Source of the DNA: an uncultured Chloroflexia bacterium
Lineage (GTDB): Bacteria > Chloroflexota > Anaerolineae > Anaerolineales > Anaerolineaceae
Assembly: GCA_963704755.1 (NCBI GenBank)
Contig: OY969938.1
Location: 2,970,001 to 3,002,000 of the forward strand
DNA: 32,000 bases
Reading direction: 5' to 3'
Shown here: in pieces, positions 8,221-17,749 of the stretch
Numbering within the stretch: the first letter of the stretch is position 1
How the letters are laid out: each line of letters starts with the position of its first letter
Translations under genes and position numbers: made by a program
Notes under the pieces: generated by a model
Told to the model about the DNA's origin: nothing
Seen by the model: only the letters and a program-made list of their open reading frames with translations
Databases searched by the model: none

Positions 8221-8357
8221 CGCGAATAGAGCATCTATGCCGGTCCAGGATTGTCCCGCCAGTCATCGTTTCTGAAAGGTTCGAAGTCAGAACAAACCAA
8301 TTACAATTAGAACTGCGCGGATTGACAGTACAATTATCGTATTTATTGGAGAGCAAT

Positions 8358-11300
8358 GTGGCAGACGAACAAACCATTATTCAACAAATAAATGCTCTGA
8401 CGGTACAATTCACTGCCGGGCTGCCGGGCCAATTGGACGAGCTGGAGCAAAAATGGGGCCAAATCCAGCCTGAGTGGGAAGCGGGTTCAATCGAAAGCCT
8501 GCGCCGGCAGGTCCATTCGCTGGTAGGAACCTCCGGATCGCTGGGTTTTAAATTAATTGCTCAAACTGCCAATAAACTGCAAATTCTACTGAACGATTAC
8601 ATCAAAGAAGGGCAGGACGGGCAACCGCGCCGCGAGGAAGTCGAAGCGGCGTACCTGGCCTTACGGGGTGCTATCCGCAGCGATCACCAGATCGATATGA
8701 GCGAGCTGAACCAGGTGCTGGATTCGGCCCGGATTATCACCGCCAACCTGCAAGAAAAGAGAGCCGACCGGCTGATCTACATGGTCGATGACGACCAGAT
8801 CCAGGCAGCCGACCTGGCGGCCCAAATCGGCTATTTTGGCTATGCGGTCCAGATTTTCAACGCGCTGAACGAACTGGAAGAGGCGATCCGCAAGACCATG
8901 CCCACCGCGCTGCTGATGGACGTCAGCTTTCCGGAAGGGCGCATGGCCGGCTATGAAGCCATCGAATCTTTGCAGGAGAAAATCCCTGAGCTGCCGCCGG
9001 TTATTTTCGTGTCGGTCAACGATGCCATTGATTTTCGTTTACAGGCCGTGCGCGCCGGGGGCCGGGCTTATTTCACCAAGCCGGTCGATATCGGCGACCT
9101 GGTGGATGTGCTCGACCGGCTGATCTTCCATGATAATATTGCGCCTTTTCGCGTGCTGATCGTCGAGGACTCGCGGGTGCAGGCCAACTATATCGCCGTC
9201 CAGTTGAAGAAGGCCGGCATGATCACCGAGATCGTGGCCGACCCGCTCCAGGTCATCGATTATCTCATCCGTTTCAACCCGGATATGCTGCTTTTGGACA
9301 TGTACATGCCCAACTGCACCGGCATGGAACTGGCCCAAATTATCCGCCAGATGGAGCAGTTTATCAGTGTGCCGATCGTGTTCCTTTCGGCAGAGACGGA
9401 TAAGGATAAACAACTGGCCGCGATGGGCATCGGCGGGGATGACTTTCTGACCAAGCCGATCGAGCCCGATCACCTGATCGCCGCGGTGACCACGCGCATC
9501 GAACGCTACCGCAAGCTGCGCATGTTGATGATCCACGACGGGCTGACCGGGCTGTTGAACCACAGCATCACCAAAGAACGGCTCTCGCAGGAAGTCGAGC
9601 GGGCCCGCCGGCAGACCGAGCCACTTTCGTTCGCCATGCTCGACCTGGATAACTTCAAACTGGTCAACGATACCTATGGCCATGCTTCCGGAGACCGGGT
9701 ATTGAAGAGCCTGGCGCACCTGCTGCGCCAGCGCCTGCGCAGCACCGATACCATCGGGCGCGTGGGTGGTGAGGAATTCGCGGTCATTTTCCCCAACACC
9801 GAGGAACAGAAAGCCGCCCGCATCATGCAGGAGTTGTGTGAGGGCTTTGCCAAAATCCGCCACTACAATGGGGAAGAAGAATTCCTGGTTTCCTTCAGTT
9901 GTGGTGTGGCTTCCTTCCCGGATTTCGAGCGCGCGGATATGCTGAGCGAAGCAGCCGACATCGCCATGTACGCAGCCAAAGCGGCCGGGCGTAGCCGGGT
10001 CTTCACCGCCAGCGAGAATGCCGGGCCGGTCTCATTTACCTCGTCCAGGATGACCTTCCCGTATCCAACCGGGCTGTCCTTTGACGCCCTGTACGAGAAC
10101 CTTGTCCGCCACGTCAAGAGCGTGATTATCCGCTTCGATCGCCAGGGGCTGGTTACGTTTGCCAACCAGTACGCTCTGCACTTTTTTGGATTCAGCGAAA
10201 GAGAACTGGTCGGGCAGCCAATCGCCGAAACCATTTTCCTCAAGAGTGAGACGTGTGTCCACGAACTGAAGGCGATGATCGCCGGGATTGTACGCCATGC
10301 GGACCGCTACGAATCGGTCGAAAATGAGTGTGTCCGCAAAGACGGCAAAAAAGTCTGGATGGCCTGGAGCTATACGCCGGTGCTGGATGAAGACGGCGAC
10401 CTGATCGAAATATTGGGAATGGGGAACGATATTACCGATCAAAAGAATGCCGAAAAAGAGCTGGTGCGCTCGGTGACCTACCTGGGGACGATCAACCACA
10501 TTTCCCAGACGATCATGAACCAGCAGAACTTTAAGGAGGCAATCGCCGATGCATCCGCCGAAGTGGTCAAGCTGTTCAATGCCCAGCACGTGGGGATTGG
10601 GCTGCTCGACGAAGATCGCACCGTCCTCAACTTTATCGGCAATTCAGAGACCGGCTGGAGCGAAACCCTGGACCGGCCTAACCAGATCTTCCTGGCCGAA
10701 GAGCCGGCCTCGAATCAGGTCATCCAAAACGGCAAGGCCATTTTTATTTCCGATGCCACCCGCAATCCTTTATTAGCCGATACGCGCGGCCTGATGGCCA
10801 AGCACAAGGTCAATGGTCGCACGATCGTGCCGTTGATCGTGGGCGGCATGGTCATTGGAACGATGAATATCGACCTCGAAGACCCGGAGCGTGAGTTTAC
10901 CACGACAGAATTAGAGCTGGCCGAGACGATTGCCGGGTCGATCGCCGGGGTGATCAAAATCAGCAACCTGTTCAACGCCGAGCAACACCAACGCCACTAC
11001 TTCGAAGCGCTGGTCGATAATATCCCGGTCGCGGTGGAAATCATCGATACCGATTCCCGCATCCAATCCTGGAACCCGGCGGCGGAAGCCCTGTTCGGGT
11101 TTAGCGCCGAGGAAGCCATCGGCCGCAATATCGACGATCTCCTGGCTTCGGACGAGACCCGCGATGAGGCCGTCCGGCTGACTCAGAAATCGATGCGCGA
11201 AGGGGAGTTGATCCATTTCATTACCCACCGTACGCGCAAAGACGGCAGCCGGGTAGAAGTCGAGCTTTTCGCGGTCCCCATGTTCAGGAACAAGCAATCC

Positions 11301-13379
11301 ACCGGCAGCCTGGCGATCTACCATGACATCACCGAGCTGCAGCATGCCCGCCGCGAGGCCGAGGCGGCCAACGAGGCCAAGAGTTCGTTCCTGGCCACCA
11401 TGAGCCATGAAATCCGCACGCCGCTAAACGCGATTGTCGGCATGACCACACTGCTGCTGGATACCAAGTTGAACCAGGAGCAGCAGGAATTTACCGAGAC
11501 CATTCGTTCCAGCAGTGACGCGCTGCTGACCATCATTAACGACATTCTCGATTTCTCCAAAATCGAGGCCGGACGGATGGAACTGGAGGAGCAGCCTTAC
11601 GATTTGCGCGAATGCATCGAATCGGCCTTCGACCTGGTGGCCCCCACGGCGACCGAAAAGGGCATCGACCTGGCTTATTCGCTGGATAACAACGTGCCCT
11701 CTTTTGTAGTCAGCGATTCGACCCGCCTGCGCCAGATCTTGATCAACTTGTTGGGAAACTCGCTTAAATTTACCAACCAGGGTGAGGTCGTCCTGTCCGT
11801 TTCGGCGACCACGCCCACTCCCGCTGAAAATGAGCCGGTCCAGTTGCACTTTGCCGTGCGGGATACCGGTATTGGCATCCCGTCCGACCGCAAGGACCGG
11901 CTGTTCCGTTCGTTCAGCCAGGTGGACGCCTCGACGACCCGCAAATATGGCGGTACCGGCCTGGGACTGGCCATCAGCAAACGCCTGAGTGAGTTGATGG
12001 GCGGCAGCATGTGGGTGGAAAGCGAGGGCGTCTCGGGCAAAGGGTCGACCTTCCACTTTACCATCCTGGCCCGGCCGTCTGAAAAGCCGGTGCCCGTCTT
12101 CCTGAATGCCCGCCAGCCGGAACTGAGCGGCCGCCGGGCGCTGATCGTGGACGACAACGCCACGAACCGCTACATTTTGATGCGCCAGCTTCAGTCCTGG
12201 GGCATGATTCCCCAGGAGACGGCCGATCCGCGCCAGGCCCTGGCCTGGATTGGGGGCGGACGCGAATACGACCTGGTTTTGCTGGATATGCAAATGCCCG
12301 ACATGGATGGGGTCACCCTGGCGGCCGAGATCCAGCATGGCTCGCTCCAAAAAGCCGATCTGCCGCTGGTGATGTTAACGTCGCTGGGGCTCAAGGATAT
12401 CGGCAGCGAGAATGTTAAATTTGCTGCCTTCCTGACCAAACCGATCAAACCGGCGGTGCTTTATACCACTTTGTTGGAGGTGTTCGGCGCCCAGGAAGTG
12501 GAGCTCAAACAGGTTAAAGAGAGGCCCATTGTTGAACCTTCGCACGAATCGCTGTCCTCCCTGCGTATTTTGCTGGCCGAAGATATGACGGTCAACCAAA
12601 AGGTGGCCCTGCTGCTCTTAAAGCGGATTGGCTGCCGGGCGGATGTGGTCGGTAATGGCCTGGAAGTTCTGGATGCACTACGACGCCAGGTATACGATGT
12701 GATTTTGATGGACGTGCAAATGCCGGAAATGGACGGGCTGGCGGCCGCCAGGGCGGTCCGCGGGGGAACCTGGGGGGATTCGCAGGAATCTCACGAGGCT
12801 TTTTCCCAGCCGTATATCATTGCCATGACGGCTAACGCGATGCAGGGCGACCGCGAGGATTGTATTGCCGCCGGCATGGACGATTACATCAGTAAACCCG
12901 TTCAGATCGAGGAACTTTCTCAGGCGCTGGACCGGGCAGCCAGGTCGCGCAAGATCAAGATCGAGCCGGCGCCTCCGCCCATTGGCAGCGGGGTCGCTCG
13001 AAGCGAACTAACCGGCAGTGCGGCCATCGACGCCGAGATCTTTGGTAAGTTCTGCGAAAGCCTGGGCGAAGAGAACCAGTTCATGATCGATTCGCTGGTG
13101 CAAGATTTCCTGGCCGAAGGCGAGCAGCTCACCGCCGAAATCCATTCGCTGAACGAAGCGACCAACCCGGAGAGCTTCCGGCGGGCGGCTCATTCCCTGA
13201 AATCGAGCAGCCAGATGTTCGGGGCCCTGGCTTTATTCCAGACCTGCAAAGAGTTGGAGCAGGAAGCGCGATCGGGCAGCCTGGAGCACGTGGCTCCTTT
13301 GATCGAAAAAATAGACGCCGATTTTTCAGCGGTTCAAGAGGCTTTACTGGGTTGGCTCAATTCGAAAACCCTCCTTTAA
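8358..13379 (+). CDS. Hybrid phosphorelay / diguanylate cyclase megaprotein: Hpt-REC-REC-GGDEF-PAS-GAF-PAS-HisKA-HATPase_c-REC-REC-Hpt
   Basis: The likely start is GTG 8358 (or TTG 8346), after GGAGAG at 8349-8354. The open frame back to 8043 crosses the previous gene and its terminator. Hpt1 is [13 protein letters not shown] (His codon 8514-8516). The receivers carry LLMDVSF..YFTKP and [13 protein letters not shown]. The cyclase site is [14 protein letters not shown] (GGEEF 9765-9779). The H-box is SHEIRTPLN (His 11406-11408). The ATPase shows GNSLKFT, DTGIGIP and [10 protein letters not shown]. The second receiver pair carries [14 protein letters not shown] and [14 protein letters not shown]. 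Hpt2 is [13 protein letters not shown] (His 13191-13193). Confidence 0.9.
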   Translation: MADEQTIIQQINALTVQFTAGLPGQLDELEQKWGQIQPEWEAGSIESLRRQVHSLVGTSGSLGFKLIAQTANKLQILLNDYIKEGQDGQPRREEVEAAYLALRGAIRSDHQIDMSELNQVLDSARIITANLQEKRADRLIYMVDDDQIQAADLAAQIGYFGYAVQIFNALNELEEAIRKTMPTALLMDVSFPEGRMAGYEAIESLQEKIPELPPVIFVSVNDAIDFRLQAVRAGGRAYFTKPVDIGDLVDVLDRLIFHDNIAPFRVLIVEDSRVQANYIAVQLKKAGMITEIVADPLQVIDYLIRFNPDMLLLDMYMPNCTGMELAQIIRQMEQFISVPIVFLSAETDKDKQLAAMGIGGDDFLTKPIEPDHLIAAVTTRIERYRKLRMLMIHDGLTGLLNHSITKERLSQEVERARRQTEPLSFAMLDLDNFKLVNDTYGHASGDRVLKSLAHLLRQRLRSTDTIGRVGGEEFAVIFPNTEEQKAARIMQELCEGFAKIRHYNGEEEFLVSFSCGVASFPDFERADMLSEAADIAMYAAKAAGRSRVFTASENAGPVSFTSSRMTFPYPTGLSFDALYENLVRHVKSVIIRFDRQGLVTFANQYALHFFGFSERELVGQPIAETIFLKSETCVHELKAMIAGIVRHADRYESVENECVRKDGKKVWMAWSYTPVLDEDGDLIEILGMGNDITDQKNAEKELVRSVTYLGTINHISQTIMNQQNFKEAIADASAEVVKLFNAQHVGIGLLDEDRTVLNFIGNSETGWSETLDRPNQIFLAEEPASNQVIQNGKAIFISDATRNPLLADTRGLMAKHKVNGRTIVPLIVGGMVIGTMNIDLEDPEREFTTTELELAETIAGSIAGVIKISNLFNAEQHQRHYFEALVDNIPVAVEIIDTDSRIQSWNPAAEALFGFSAEEAIGRNIDDLLASDETRDEAVRLTQKSMREGELIHFITHRTRKDGSRVEVELFAVPMFRNKQSTGSLAIYHDITELQHARREAEAANEAKSSFLATMSHEIRTPLNAIVGMTTLLLDTKLNQEQQEFTETIRSSSDALLTIINDILDFSKIEAGRMELEEQPYDLRECIESAFDLVAPTATEKGIDLAYSLDNNVPSFVVSDSTRLRQILINLLGNSLKFTNQGEVVLSVSATTPTPAENEPVQLHFAVRDTGIGIPSDRKDRLFRSFSQVDASTTRKYGGTGLGLAISKRLSELMGGSMWVESEGVSGKGSTFHFTILARPSEKPVPVFLNARQPELSGRRALIVDDNATNRYILMRQLQSWGMIPQETADPRQALAWIGGGREYDLVLLDMQMPDMDGVTLAAEIQHGSLQKADLPLVMLTSLGLKDIGSENVKFAAFLTKPIKPAVLYTTLLEVFGAQEVELKQVKERPIVEPSHESLSSLRILLAEDMTVNQKVALLLLKRIGCRADVVGNGLEVLDALRRQVYDVILMDVQMPEMDGLAAARAVRGGTWGDSQESHEAFSQPYIIAMTANAMQGDREDCIAAGMDDYISKPVQIEELSQALDRAARSRKIKIEPAPPPIGSGVARSELTGSAAIDAEIFGKFCESLGEENQFMIDSLVQDFLAEGEQLTAEIHSLNEATNPESFRRAAHSLKSSSQMFGALALFQTCKELEQEARSGSLEHVAPLIEKIDADFSAVQEALLGWLNSKTLL

Positions 13380-13591
13380 AAATATGGCGAGAACGGCCTT
13401 GCCATTCGTGATTTTCTGGCGAAATCCATGATTTCCCTTCGGCTCACTTGATAGGTTAATTGTGCATTCTAATGAAAAAAATACGGATTTGGGGTGTGTG
13501 CAGGGAACGTACACCTCAACCCCGAGAATTTCGCCTCTGAGCCTGGGCAGTTCCGTTAAAAATTCAAATTTTAGAGATTAAGAGCAGGCCA

Positions 13592-15685
13592 ATGAAAAAA
13601 TTCGAGACCAATCTTCCGGCATTGAGGCTAGCCCTGCTATACGTTGCCCTGGCGGGTTTGTGGATTTTGTTTTCCGACCGCATCCTGGCGGACCTGGTGC
13701 ACGACCCGCAAGAGTTGACCCGCTGGCAAAGCTATAAGGGTGTAGCCTTTGTGTTGATCATGGCCCTGCTGCTATTTATCGAGCGTTCGCGGGCAACCCG
13801 CTTGGACCGGATCCGCAACGAGATTGCCCAGCAAAATACAGCCCTTTTCGAGCAAACCCCCAACCCAACTTTTTTGGTCAACCTGGACAACCTGGATATC
13901 CTTGAAGTCAACCGCTCGGCCCAGGAATTATACGGTTTTAGCTATGATGAGTTCCTCAGCATGCGGCTGAACGACCTGGTCATTGGGCTGACACCCGAAC
14001 TCATCGATGATCTGAAAGCCCTGGAAGAGGATGAAACCCGCACCCGCGAGACCCGCCATCGCACCCGTGACAGGCGCGTTCTGGAGTTGTATGGCATCGT
14101 TCGCCGGATGAGCTGGAAAGGTCATTCGGCCGGCCTGTTTGTCTTCACCGACATGACCGCCCGCAGACGCATGGAGGAGCGGGTCGAAAACATCCGCAAA
14201 GAATTGCAGGCCATCGTCGACGCTTCGCCGCTGGCCATCGTCGCCGTGGACCGGAACTCGAATGTGCTTTCCTGGAACACCGCGGCCGAGCGGATATTTG
14301 GCTGGCGTGAAGAAGAGGTTTTAGGGAAACCCTTGCCGTTCGTTTCGCCCGAAATGGAAGAGGAATCGCGGGTGCTGCGCGAAGGCATTGCAATCCGGCG
14401 CGTCAACCAGACGGTGCTGGTGCACCGGCAGCGCCGGGACGGGTCTATTGCTACCTTGAACGTCTCCCTGGCGCCCCTGGTGGATGCCGAAAATCATGTA
14501 ATCGGGGTGATGGAGATGGCCGCCGACGTGACCGAGCAAAGTAAAGCGGAAGAAGAACTGCGCACCACCCGTGAGCTTTTGACCGGCTTGCTGGAAAACG
14601 CCCCGCTCCCGATCTACATCACCGATCCGGGGCATAAACTTTTGCTGGTCAACCATGCCTGGGAAATCAGCAATGGGATGTCGCGCGCCAGCGCCGTCAA
14701 CAAAACCATGGAGGAGGTTTATACACCGGAGGCAGCCCAGATGTTCATCAGCTCGGACCGCGAGGTTTTCGAGACCGGCAGAGTGATCGAAACCGAAGAT
14801 TATGCCGACATGGAAGGCACCCGCCATTATTTTCGCACGATCAAATTCCCTTTGCTTGGCATGGGCCATCATATCGAGATGGTGGGGGGCATATCCATGG
14901 AAGTTACCGAGCGCAAGCAAATGATGGAGATGTTGACCCGCTTGAACAACGAGCTCGAGCAGCGCGTAGCGGACCGCACGGCCGAACTGGCGGCTAAAAA
15001 CGCCGAGTTGGAGACCTTTGCCTATTCGGTTTCACACGATCTGAAGGCCCCTCTGCGCGGGATCGATGGCTACAGCCGGCTGCTTCAGGAAGAATACAGC
15101 GGTAAGCTGGATGAGGATGGCCATCATTTCTTGGAGGCGATCCGCTATTCGAGTACCCAGATGTCTCAGTTGATCGATGACCTGCTGCTGTATTCTCGCA
15201 TGGAGCGGCGCAAGATCAATTTGATCCCGATCGACCCGCAGCGTTTACTGGAAGGGATCCTGGCCAGTTTCGAGAACGACATTCGTGACCGGGATATTCA
15301 AATTAAAGTCGATATTCCCTTTCCAACGGTTTACCACGATGCCGAGGGCTTGCAGCAGGCGCTGCAAAACCTGATCGATAACGCGATCAAGTTTACCGCC
15401 AGGACACCCCAGGCCGTCATCGAAATCGGCGGCCGGCAGACCGAATCCAAGCATATCTTATGGGTCAAGGACAACGGCCCGGGTTTCGACCAGAAATACA
15501 ACAAGCGCATCTTCGAGATCTTCCAACGCCTTTACCGGGTGGAAGATTATCCCGGCACCGGCATCGGCCTGGCTATCGTCCGCAAAGCCATGCAGCGCGT
15601 TGGTGGAGATGTCTGGGCCAAATCGACCCTCGGCGAGGGCAGCACGTTTTACCTGGAGATTCCGATACCGGAAGTTGGCGTTTAG
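13592..15685 (+). CDS. Membrane-anchored PAS sensor histidine kinase
   Basis: 697 aa with two N-terminal TM segments and about three PAS blocks. The H-box is FAYSVSHDLKAPLRGI. ATPase motifs are DNAIKFT, DNGPGF and GTGIGLAIV. Confidence 0.9.
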   Translation: MKKFETNLPALRLALLYVALAGLWILFSDRILADLVHDPQELTRWQSYKGVAFVLIMALLLFIERSRATRLDRIRNEIAQQNTALFEQTPNPTFLVNLDNLDILEVNRSAQELYGFSYDEFLSMRLNDLVIGLTPELIDDLKALEEDETRTRETRHRTRDRRVLELYGIVRRMSWKGHSAGLFVFTDMTARRRMEERVENIRKELQAIVDASPLAIVAVDRNSNVLSWNTAAERIFGWREEEVLGKPLPFVSPEMEEESRVLREGIAIRRVNQTVLVHRQRRDGSIATLNVSLAPLVDAENHVIGVMEMAADVTEQSKAEEELRTTRELLTGLLENAPLPIYITDPGHKLLLVNHAWEISNGMSRASAVNKTMEEVYTPEAAQMFISSDREVFETGRVIETEDYADMEGTRHYFRTIKFPLLGMGHHIEMVGGISMEVTERKQMMEMLTRLNNELEQRVADRTAELAAKNAELETFAYSVSHDLKAPLRGIDGYSRLLQEEYSGKLDEDGHHFLEAIRYSSTQMSQLIDDLLLYSRMERRKINLIPIDPQRLLEGILASFENDIRDRDIQIKVDIPFPTVYHDAEGLQQALQNLIDNAIKFTARTPQAVIEIGGRQTESKHILWVKDNGPGFDQKYNKRIFEIFQRLYRVEDYPGTGIGLAIVRKAMQRVGGDVWAKSTLGEGSTFYLEIPIPEVGV

Positions 15686-16402
15686 CTGTTAGCGGTTAGC
15701 ATTTAGCTGGGTGGGCGCAGGACCCAATCGAGAGGCTGGCGAATTACCGGTTTGGCCGGCATTCCAAAGCCTGCCTGTAACCCGGCGGTATTTATACCGC
15801 TGAATTCGATTTAAGGAATTTCTTGCGCATCGTCAGCGGATATTCTTATCGACGCGTGGCCTGGCAGCGCTAAAAGACAAATTTGCCCGCCGTTTGCCGA
15901 CCTGTTCACCTTCGAGGAGCTCTTCTGCCATTTTGCCTGCCTTCTCATTCGAAGTTATAATAAATAGGCAAATTAAGATCGTAATACTGCGATATTCAAA
16001 TACAGAATTCTTGTACCTGCTCTTAAAAAGTTCTCGAATTGAGGTGTATGAGCAGGTTTAGCCCGCACATCCTCTTAAGTTCGGGGTTCTTACCTGTCAT
16101 GCTGAAGGGTTACGAATTCTTCATGATCCAGGAAAGTAAAAATGTCGACCATTTGTTTTGAAACAGTGGTCCTTAAAATCGCAACCTGTACACCGAACCC
16201 GAGGTCTTGAAAAATGGCGGGCTGGATGAACCAACCCAAACGAACGAATAAAGACCCCCAGTGGATATTTGGAGAAGAGCGGTAATTCTGCTCAAGGTGG
16301 TGGAAACACAGTCGGCCCGTTCTGGGGTCGTGCTGCTTCAGAATCTATAAGAGGGATTGGAGGAGCTTTTCGGCGCTCATTCAATCGACAAGGAGAGGAA
16401 TC

Positions 16403-17071
16403 ATGAAATTATTGCTCACTTCCGGTGGCATCCGCAACAACAGCATCCGCACCGCTCTGATGGATCTGCTGGATAAACCAATTGGCGAGTCTGACGCCCT
16501 TTGCATTCCAACCGCGTCGTACGGGCACCTCACGGCCGGCCCGGTTGCGGCCTGGCGCTTCATCAGCGGGCAAGAACCTAGAGCCCCCATGTGTGAATTG
16601 GGCTGGAAGTCCTTGGGCGTGCTGGAGCTTACCGCGCTGCCCAGCCTCGACGAATCGCTTTGGGTTCCCAAGGTCCGGGAGGCGGACGTTCTGCTGGTGA
16701 ATGGCGGCGATCCCTTGTATCTGTGCTACTGGATGCGGCAGTCCGGACTGGCGGACCTCTTGCCATCGCTGCATGCGGTATACGTGGGGTTGAGCGCCGG
16801 GAGTATGGTGATGACCCCCAGGATCGGGAAGGAATTCGTCCAATGGACTCCGCCCTCCGCTAGCGATGAAACCCTCGGCATGGTGGGTTTTTCGATCTTC
16901 CCGCACCTGGATCACCCGGAGCTGCTGGACAATACTATGGCCAACGCGGAAAGATGGGCCGCCGGTATGCCGGTGCCGGCGTACGCGATTGACGATCAGA
17001 CCGCCATCCAGGTGGTCGACGGAGAAGTCGAAATTGTCTCCGAAGGCCATTGGAAACGGTTTACGCCCTAA
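16403..17071 (+). CDS. Peptidase S51 / type 1 glutamine amidotransferase-like protein (dipeptidase E family)
   Basis: Starts MKLLLTSGG. Contains LLVNGGDPLYL and the nucleophile elbow GLSAGSMV. AGGAG at 16391-16395 precedes the ATG. Confidence 0.75.
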   Translation: MKLLLTSGGIRNNSIRTALMDLLDKPIGESDALCIPTASYGHLTAGPVAAWRFISGQEPRAPMCELGWKSLGVLELTALPSLDESLWVPKVREADVLLVNGGDPLYLCYWMRQSGLADLLPSLHAVYVGLSAGSMVMTPRIGKEFVQWTPPSASDETLGMVGFSIFPHLDHPELLDNTMANAERWAAGMPVPAYAIDDQTAIQVVDGEVEIVSEGHWKRFTP

Positions 17072-17098
17072 CCGGCAGGTTGGGGCGAGACGGTGCCG

Positions 17099-17749
17099 CT
17101 AAAACCCCATCTCTTTGGTAAACATATCCAGGACGTCGGGGTCGAAGTGTTTACCCCGTTCCGACAGGATATACTCCTGGACCCTTTTCAATTCCCAGGC
17201 GGGCCGGTAAGGCCGGTCGGAGAGCAGCGCGTCCCACACGTCCACAATCGAGAAAATGCGGGCCGCCAGCGGGATCTGCTCGCCCTTTAGTTTGCGCGGA
17301 TAACCACCGCCGTCCCAGCGTTCGTGGTGGCAGTAGGGGATATCGATGGCCGGGCGCAGATAGGCAATCGGCGCCAGCATATCGTACGCATATTGCGGGT
17401 GCATGCGCATGATCGACCATTCGTTGTCATCCAGCGGGCCGGGCTTGTACAGAATCGCGTCGGGCACACCCATTTTGCCGATATCGTGCAGCAGCGCCCC
17501 ACGGCGAATATGTACCAGTTCGTCGGCGCTCAACCCGGCGGCCATGCACAGGCGCACGGTCAATTCAGTCACTCGCAGGGTATGGCCCTCGGTCTCCTTG
17601 TCGCGCAGGTCCAGCGCTCGCGACCAGCCTTCGATCGTGGCGTCGTAGGCCCGGATCAAATCGGTATTCGAGCGCTGCAAATCTTCGAAAAGGCGGGCGT
17701 TATCGACCGCGATGGCGGCCTGGCCGGCCAGAAGCTCCAGAAAATGCAG
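17099..17749 (-). CDS. HD-GYP phosphodiesterase domain: downstream, out-of-frame part of the response-regulator gene
   Basis: Reads LHFLELLAGQAAIAVDNARLFEDL (end of a GAF domain), then ETEGHTLRV, HDIGKMGVPD and HHERWDGGGYP. No usable ATG lies ahead of the domain, and the frame continues from the upstream ORF once one base is removed (see findings). Confidence 0.7.
   Translation of the reverse strand: MHFLELLAGQAAIAVDNARLFEDLQRSNTDLIRAYDATIEGWSRALDLRDKETEGHTLRVTELTVRLCMAAGLSADELVHIRRGALLHDIGKMGVPDAILYKPGPLDDNEWSIMRMHPQYAYDMLAPIAYLRPAIDIPYCHHERWDGGGYPRKLKGEQIPLAARIFSIVDVWDALLSDRPYRPAWELKRVQEYILSERGKHFDPDVLDMFTKEMGF

Noticed and set aside
8043-8357. The ORF-track start at 8043 for the megaprotein (an extra 105 aa).
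   Set aside because: That extension overlaps the end of the acyltransferase gene and reads straight through its terminator hairpin (8172-8215). It has no domain-like sequence. GTG 8358 or TTG 8346 after GGAGAG is far more plausible.
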